A stretch of 51,829 nucleotides of DNA from a virus (Duplodnaviria > Caudoviricetes). The notes beneath the pieces are model-generated. The model saw nothing but the letters and a program-made list of their open reading frames with translations. It was not told the origin of the DNA and made no database searches. The stretch is taken from IMG/VR virus record IMGVR_UViG_3300027852_000047, positions 1-51,829 of that record, one strand, 5' to 3'. Positions within the stretch are counted from its first letter, which is position 1, and every line of letters starts with the position of its first letter. The position numbers and the translations under genes were made by a program. Below, one piece after another: positions 46,266 through 51,829 of the stretch.

Positions 46266-46523
46266 TTACCAATATTTCGCGGATGCGCGGACAATGTAGC
46301 CGTCTTCGACGTACATATACGCGCTCCAGTACTTGAAGTAACTGGCTTTTGAATTTTCCTGATAGATACGATGCTTGCCGGTAAGCACCACAGAGTTATC
46401 TGTCGCTATCAGTTGGAGCTTCACGCCATTACGCAAGGCTCTTTGTAGCGCCTCCAGTGTCTTGTAAGCCCGTGACAATCTGGGCGCGTCTTTGCCGAAG
46501 TGGTTGGTTTCCATCAGGTCCAC
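46266..46523 (-). CDS. Hypothetical protein
   Basis: Overlaps the upstream stop; operon packing. Confidence 0.6.
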   Translation of the reverse strand: MDLMETNHFGKDAPRLSRAYKTLEALQRALRNGVKLQLIATDNSVVLTGKHRIYQENSKASYFKYWSAYMYVEDGYIVRASAKYW

Positions 46524-46825
46524 GCCATTTCTCGCCGGATCTTCTGCAATTCCGCGATGATACCGGACAGGCGGTCTTTGTTCACGATAGCGTAATCGCT
46601 ATCGTGTCTGACATCGCAGTCGCCCAGCGTCATTCTCACGGTGTCGGTGTTCGCGCTGGCGGATACGCACAACTGGCACGCGCCTCTCGCGCCAAAACGC
46701 TTTCCGACACTCTTCAGGCCCACGCGTCTTGTGATAGTGGCGTCGAACCCCTGCACGTGCAGTTGGTTGATCAGACTGACCGTGTCTACGCCCGCACCGT
46801 TGATATTAATAGTACCCATTTTCAC
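46514..46825 (-). CDS. Tandem paralogue array member 1
   Basis: MGTININGAGVDTVSLINQLHVQGF; GGAGGT RBS (start may be 46819). Confidence 0.85.
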   Translation of the reverse strand: MKMGTININGAGVDTVSLINQLHVQGFDATITRRVGLKSVGKRFGARGACQLCVSASANTDTVRMTLGDCDVRHDSDYAIVNKDRLSGIIAELQKIRREMAWT

Positions 46826-46829
46826 CTCC

Positions 46830-47015
46830 CTATTTGGATTTGATCACTTCGTCCACAAATGCAGCGCCCATTCTGGTCGCCACGCTTACGAGGTGGCTGG
46901 GTGACAGGTCTAACACACTGATTTCAGTTGTGTTACCGGACCCGTCGTCCAGTAATATCTTGTCAGGCAAAGGCACGATGTACGTGCCGCCCGTTGTAGG
47001 GACTTTGTAATCCAT
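46830..47015 (-). CDS. Hypothetical protein
   Basis: Operon packing. Confidence 0.55.
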   Translation of the reverse strand: MDYKVPTTGGTYIVPLPDKILLDDGSGNTTEISVLDLSPSHLVSVATRMGAAFVDEVIKSK

Positions 47016-47285
47016 ACTATTTTCCCGTCGTTGCTTTCTTTGCCGCTATAGTGTACTCTTTTCCACACACAGTACAGCGTACAAAATTACCGGACTCTTT
47101 CGGTTTGCAAGTGTTCATTACACGGTTTCCTTTGCCGTGAATGTCGTCTTGCATAGGGTGTACGCACGTACATTTATGTATCATACGTTACTCCTTCACC
47201 AAGTTTGCTATTACAGTCCAGCCAACCGCAAGGGCCACTGGGCCACCAACTAAGGTGATAAGTAACATCCGAACTACTTCAGACA

Positions 47286-47474
47286 TTACATCTCCTTTCG
47301 ATACCTGTGTGGCGCTAACGTAATGTTACTTCGTAACCAGTTGCGCCACGCAACATGTTCTCCGATGGTGCGCATCGTTTCCACGTCTTGTACCTTATTG
47401 GCTGCGCGGAACATCGCACTTATTTCACGGTAACTACACTGGCGCAACCTGAAGGGAAGCGCTAAGTTAGTCAC
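47286..47474 (-). CDS. Small helical protein, paralogue of 47721-47885
   Basis: FRLR..AA..HVAWRNWL; probable GTG 47474. Confidence 0.6.
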   Translation of the reverse strand: MTNLALPFRLRQCSYREISAMFRAANKVQDVETMRTIGEHVAWRNWLRSNITLAPHRYRKEM

Positions 47475-47632
47475 CAGATAACCTTGCAACCGTGCTTACG
47501 GAAGTACAGTTCAACTTCCCACAATCTTACTTGCTCCGCGAAGTACTCGCGGGTTTCACGGTCATTGATTTTGCGTGCTGTGGCGCTCATCTCAAGCGCA
47601 CGCACCAGCATCTTTTTGGCATGTCCATACAT
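47471..47632 (-). CDS. Small helical hypothetical protein
   Basis: AAGGAGG RBS before ATG 47632. Confidence 0.6.
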   Translation of the reverse strand: MYGHAKKMLVRALEMSATARKINDRETREYFAEQVRLWEVELYFRKHGCKVIW

Positions 47633-47720
47633 GCTAGCCTCCTTCATTATGACAGGATAATAATCATTAACGTAATGCTTATTAGCCAAATGTAGAATAA
47701 CGCAATCAACGCTAATTGTT

Positions 47721-47885
47721 TCATTGCGTACTCCACGGTTTTGCCAGCCAGTCGCGCCACTGTAGGTGCCACTTGATTTCGCTGGCGACTTCCACAAGGC
47801 CACGGCTTGACGCGGCAATGTAGGCTTGTTCCAGAGTGCGCCCCGTATAGGTGCGCAGTCCGAATTGCGCTTGTTCGTTTGGCAC
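47721..47885 (-). CDS. 54-aa protein, paralogue of 47286-47474
   Basis: Read manually: MPNEQAQFGLRTYTGRTLEQAYIAASSRGLVEVASEIKWHLQWRDWLAKPWSTQ. Confidence 0.6.
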   Translation of the reverse strand: MPNEQAQFGLRTYTGRTLEQAYIAASSRGLVEVASEIKWHLQWRDWLAKPWSTQ

Positions 47886-48076
47886 TAGGATTTCTCCAGT
47901 ACTCTTTTCGCTTCGCCAGCCATGTCAGTGTCCAGCAAAGCCGTTGCCGTTGCCACTGTCAACCGAAGCCGTGCAAGCTCCAACTGGAGTGCATTGGTTG
48001 TGGTGACATATTCCGCCACCTTGTCCTGAGCGAGTTTCCGCTCAAGCACAAGTGCCTCGTTTTCGGTCACGGTCAC
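47885..48076 (-). CDS. Small coiled-coil protein
   Basis: GTGA overlap with the upstream gene. Confidence 0.6.
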   Translation of the reverse strand: MTVTENEALVLERKLAQDKVAEYVTTTNALQLELARLRLTVATATALLDTDMAGEAKRVLEKS

Positions 48077-48267
48077 TCGCTTTCGTAATCCCGCAGGTCA
48101 TACCTACCGATCACCAGATGTTCGGAGTCCTTCAACAATGCTCCATCATGGCCTACCCGCAACATCTGTGCCACCTTTTCGGCATACGTCGCAAACATGT
48201 TGCGAGTAGCCTGATTGTGGCGATCCTTTGCGGGCACGCGCAACGTGATTGTCAGATCAACGTCCAC
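48073..48267 (-). CDS. Hypothetical protein (first clear early gene)
   Basis: GGGAGG RBS before GTG. Confidence 0.65.
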   Translation of the reverse strand: MDVDLTITLRVPAKDRHNQATRNMFATYAEKVAQMLRVGHDGALLKDSEHLVIGRYDLRDYESE

Positions 48268-48283
48268 TGTGTGCCTCCCTATT

Positions 48284-49042
48284 CTGCCAAGATGGCAGGG
48301 ACCTTTCCTACTCCATCAAGGGGCGTATTCAGCCCCTACCATGTTGGCGATACCGGCAGGGTGTATTGAGGTGTATACATTACTACCTCGCTCTTACACC
48401 CCTGCTGCGACTTCAATTGCTCCACAAGCCGTCACTTGCTTCTCAGCAGCATTAGTCGCCATTTGTGCCGGGAGTTAGCTGTTTGGCGTGCTACTCCCGG
48501 CGGGCAAGGGCGGGCAGCTTTGCCGTGCTGCATTGCAAGCCCCTGCTCTGTGTCTAGCAAGATACGGTCCGGCAGGAGTCGCACCTGTCCGTATTTTTAG
48601 ACCTTTACGTCAACCGTATCTCTATGGCAGCTTGGTCCACTGCCAATATGTAGGGTAGGCTGTAACTAATCGTTACAATTGTGCTTAAGGGCACCTACCC
48701 TGTGCTACCAAGGTCTTTCAGTCTTGTGCGCCTTGCGTTGCATCAAGTTGCGCGTGCTGGCCCTGATCCGCATGACTTGGTCCTGCGGTTCTCTGTCTTT
48801 CTTTGCCTGTCTGTCTCCGAAGATACAACTAGCATGTGGCCTGTCGTCTCCGGTAATCACGGGGGGAACACTTCCTACCCGTTTGGCCTCTGCTAGCACC
48901 TTGTTGTCCTGCAAGGACTGTGCCACCTTGGCCCTATTGTCGATGTACATTCATACATCCTTTTGTTGTGCCAGAGGTTAGGGCCTTGTGGGCCTCTGCC
49001 CCCGGCGGACATGCCAAGATATGCAGGCTGTGTGCCTGATAT
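48284..49042 (-). ncRNA. Candidate structured non-coding RNA region
   Basis: Successive 6-11 bp stems, several with G-U pairs only on the minus strand; one T-loop-like hairpin. Confidence 0.4.
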
Positions 49043-49555
49043 CGGGATAATGGTGTAAGTTATTACACTGCAACGGGTTACGAGCTTGGTTGCTATTGGT
49101 ATGTATCTTGCTAACCATGCATAATGCAACCCTACTATACATATAGTAATCGCCTAAACCTATGTGATATATGCACTTATGAGGTATTCGCAATGTGCAA
49201 TGTGAGTATGCATTATGCCCTATGCTGCATGTGTGTCTCATTTGAGACATAATGTCTCACTGGTATCTGTGGAGTGAGACATACATGTCCTAAAAACAGG
49301 ACACTAATGCATATTGCATTGGGCATACCGACATGCATGCATACTGCATTGGCCCAGTGGCATGCATGCATAATGCATGGGGCAAGGGAGTATGCCATTG
49401 TGTCATGCGGTATGCTGTCATGTGTCCGGGGGTACACGTACTCTTTTTAGGACACTTACCCCCACACAGGCCCACAGGGGCGTATATCACCCATTTAATG
49501 CAGTCTGGCCAATACTTGCTAAAATAAAAAACACCCCCTATACAAAAAGCATACT

Positions 49556-49597
49556 CACATAGGGCTACCCACATAGGGCTACCCACATGGGGCTAGC
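49556..49597. repeat. 14-bp tandem repeat x3 (CACATAGGGCTACC)
   Basis: Two exact copies and one with two mismatches. Confidence 0.85.
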
Positions 49598-49724
49598 CTC
49601 TCTGGGAAAGTTGGCTAACATATAACACCCACAGCGCCAATTGAGGTATATTGCATAAGTGTATGCAGTATGTAGTATTAAGGTGTTAGGGCATTGGGCT
49701 ATGGGTATATGCATATGGGTAAGA

Positions 49725-49753
49725 AGGGTAGCACATCTGGAAACGTTTGTCAA
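49725..49753 (-). promoter_or_regulatory. Leftward sigma70-type promoter
   Basis: TTGACA-17 bp-TACCCT with extended TG. Confidence 0.65.
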
Positions 49754-49929
49754 GTGTTTTCTTTGCCAAGGGGCAAAATAGTTTGTAAACCCTGCGGGAG
49801 CAGCATATTACTAGCCACCGATGGCGTAACTGGAACTAATAGCTACACTTAGCTTAACACTTAACTCCAGCGTTTACAGGGACTTAGGGCATTGGTGGCC
49901 ACAGTATGCGAAAATAATTCAGAAAACAC

Positions 49930-49958
49930 TTGACAAAGTTTCCGGAAAGTGATAAACT
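49930..49958 (+). promoter_or_regulatory. Rightward sigma70-type promoter (terminase operon)
   Basis: TTGACA-17 bp-TAAACT with extended TG; palindrome TTTCCGGAAA in the spacer. Confidence 0.8.
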
Positions 49959-50079
49959 TGTATAGATCGAAAAGGCACTGTGCTGCAGGGGCGTGGTCCG
50001 GTCCGGGTTCCCCGACTCGTTGACCACCCCGGGGAAAGGGTTGTGGCCGTTCTCCTGCAGACCAATTGAAAGGACCGGA

Positions 50080-50151
50080 ATGACTTACATCACTTATGCG
50101 GCTCTCATGGCTATCGGCGTTGCTGACATCTTTTGGTGGTTGCGCAAGTAG
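50080..50151 (+). CDS. 23-aa membrane micro-peptide MTYITYAALMAIGVADIFWWLRK
   Basis: AAGGA RBS; TAG overlaps the GTG of terS; paralogue of 43038-43100. Confidence 0.65.
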   Translation: MTYITYAALMAIGVADIFWWLRK

Positions 50152-50810
50152 TGGCTCGTAAGCGCAGGAAGGCACAAGTCAACCACCATCGTGGTATGGT
50201 CACGCCACAAGCCGACAAAGAGATGATCGTCCAGCTTCATTCCCTTGGGAAGTCAAAAGCTGCGATCACCAAGGCTACTGGCTATGCGTGGGCCACTATC
50301 ACGAAGGTGCTGACAGAGGCAGAGAGGGATCCGGACCTGAAGGCCGCAAGGGCTTTAGCACTGGACGCCATGGCCAGCCGCGTGACGCTGAAGGCTGATG
50401 AGATAATCACATCCATCGGCCCAGAGGAACTCGAAGCTGGGCTAATCAAGGCTTACGACGACGACGGTAAGTTGAAGTCAGCTAAGCGATACGGCCCCAC
50501 TCTGACTGAAAAAGCCACAGCCGGTGCCATCCTCATTGACAAGAAGAAGATTCTGGCCGACATGAAGGCCGCTCTTCTCGCCAATGGTGTGGATGCAGGA
50601 GGACTGCCGCTCCCTGGCAATGTGGATGATGCCTTGAGGCAGATAGCTGGACGCGTGAAGCAGCTCCAGTTAGTGAATGTGCAGTTTCGAGATGCACACG
50701 AAGACCTGATTACCTCGGTGGAAGAGGTCACAGGGGAAGACTTGCAAGCGCAAGCAGTGGATGCGGACTTCGAGGAGTTGGATCTGGACAACGTTCCTGT
50801 CCAAGAATGA
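50151..50810 (+). CDS. terS: Probable terminase small subunit (N-terminal HTH)
   Basis: IVQLHSLGKSKAAITKATGYAWATITKVL HTH; directly upstream of terL. Confidence 0.65.
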   Translation: MARKRRKAQVNHHRGMVTPQADKEMIVQLHSLGKSKAAITKATGYAWATITKVLTEAERDPDLKAARALALDAMASRVTLKADEIITSIGPEELEAGLIKAYDDDGKLKSAKRYGPTLTEKATAGAILIDKKKILADMKAALLANGVDAGGLPLPGNVDDALRQIAGRVKQLQLVNVQFRDAHEDLITSVEEVTGEDLQAQAVDADFEELDLDNVPVQE

Positions 50811-50811
50811 T

Positions 50812-50889
50812 GGGCGTGAGTGGTCTAATAGGAAAGACGCTGCACATTGTGCGGAGACGAGGGTTCGAGTCCCTCGCTAGCCCCCACCA
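50812..50889 (+). tRNA. tRNA-like element with a shortened anticodon arm
   Basis: D arm GTCT-AATAGGAA-AGAC, T arm GAGGG-TTCGAGT-CCCTC, 3' ACCA; anticodon loop only 5 nt; acceptor stem bulged. Confidence 0.65.
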
Positions 50890-50902
50890 CAGTTAGGATC
50901 CA

Positions 50903-51829
50903 ATGTCCCAACAGAATCTTCCTGAACTACTGGAGCTTCTCTGTGATCTCGACGCGTTGCTCGCAACATACCGAACCAACAAGATCGTGTTCTACAGGCC
51001 CATCGGCCAGCAACCCGCCTTCCACTCCGGAGGACGGGCGTTCGTACGTGTGGTACTTGGAGCAAATCGCTCCGGAAAGTCAGTAGGTGGTGCCTGTGAG
51101 GCAATTGCTCATTCACTCGGCTACCGCCCGTGGTTGCCAGAATCCCATCCGGATCGCACAGTATCACTTCCAGATGGATCACCAATCCCCGTACCTAATG
51201 TTGGACGAGTTCTGGCTCAAAACTATGAACACGCCATTAAACAGACCATCTGGGGCAAGTACGAGGAATGGGCACCCAAGCACCTAATCAAGAAAGTTCA
51301 CTACAACCAACGCCAAGTCCCTACGCAGATTGACTGGGCCAACGGGTCAGTTACATACTTCATGTCCAACGACCAGAAGGACATGGTCTTTGAGGGTACC
51401 AACGGACATTGGTTCTGGGTGGATGAGCCCTGCGACTATTCCAAGTACGTGGGACTCAAACGTGGCCTGACTGACTTTGGCGGACACTGCTGGATGACGC
51501 TCACGCCCCTCACGCAGCCATGGATCTACAACATCTTGGTTTCGCGTGCTGGCGATGACGACGATGACTCAGTGTTGCTGTACAAGTTGTCCATCTGGGA
51601 CAACTGCATCGACAACGGTGGCCACCTGTCCAGAGCAGCCATCAATGAGTTCCTCAAGGATCTACGTGAAGAGGAAATGGAAGCTCGCCTCCATGGCAAC
51701 TTCCTCCACTTGGCTGGACGAGTATTCAAAGCGTGGCAGCCCACGACGCCATACTGGGTCAACCCGCACCCCATCCCGCGAACATGGCCCCGGGTTTGTG
51801 TGATTGATCCACACAAGCGCAAGCCCTGT
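50903..51829 (+). CDS. terL: Terminase large subunit, N-terminal ATPase half (open at the window end)
   Basis: Read manually (absent from the ORF track): Q..FH, Walker A GANRSGKS, Walker B FWVDEP, motif III TLTP. Confidence 0.92.
   Translation, partial: MSQQNLPELLELLCDLDALLATYRTNKIVFYRPIGQQPAFHSGGRAFVRVVLGANRSGKSVGGACEAIAHSLGYRPWLPESHPDRTVSLPDGSPIPVPNVGRVLAQNYEHAIKQTIWGKYEEWAPKHLIKKVHYNQRQVPTQIDWANGSVTYFMSNDQKDMVFEGTNGHWFWVDEPCDYSKYVGLKRGLTDFGGHCWMTLTPLTQPWIYNILVSRAGDDDDDSVLLYKLSIWDNCIDNGGHLSRAAINEFLKDLREEEMEARLHGNFLHLAGRVFKAWQPTTPYWVNPHPIPRTWPRVCVIDPHKRKPC
51704..51829. repeat. Terminal direct repeat, copy 2
   Basis: Identical to 8-133. Confidence 0.95.

Noticed and set aside
48292-48342. 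Possible hammerhead ribozyme (CTGA...GAAA on the minus strand)
   Set aside because: The core reads CTGAATA rather than CTGANGA, and stems II and III cannot be formed convincingly.
48978-49753. Short ORFs in the palindromic region
   Set aside because: C/H/M-rich translations reflect ATGCAT-type repeats; no RBS or operon packing.
1-51829. Stop-codon reassignment
   Set aside because: Genes are intact in the standard code, and TAA, TAG and TGA all serve as stops.

Overview
The window looks like a complete, circularly assembled genome (~51.7 kb) of a tailed dsDNA phage with a podovirus-like (P22/T7-type short tail) gene set. Bases 8-133 repeat exactly at 51704-51829, and the large terminase runs across that junction. 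The + strand arm (about 50.1 kb through the junction to 25.2 kb) carries terminase, portal, scaffold, capsid, a glycosyltransferase, beta-helix spikes, tail and ejection proteins, and lysis genes. The - strand arm (about 48.3 kb down to 25.3 kb) carries many small early genes and a replication module: primase, PolA with a UDG-like N-terminus, class II RNR, gp32-like SSB, Cas4-like nuclease, dNMP kinase, DnaB, RuvC-like resolvase and GroES. I recognised no integrase, repressor or RNA polymerase, and several sigma70-type promoters are present. Most unusual features: (1) a tandem array of 9 ~100-aa paralogues with a constant N-terminal module and a variable body, plus satellite clusters; (2) a hairpin-dense 0.8-kb candidate large ncRNA; (3) several non-canonical tRNA-like elements; (4) a duplicated micro-peptide ending VADIFWWLRK, one copy behind a pseudoknotted leader and coupled to terS; (5) a domain present both standalone and fused to a spike protein. 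All functional calls come from motifs read by eye; no searches were run.
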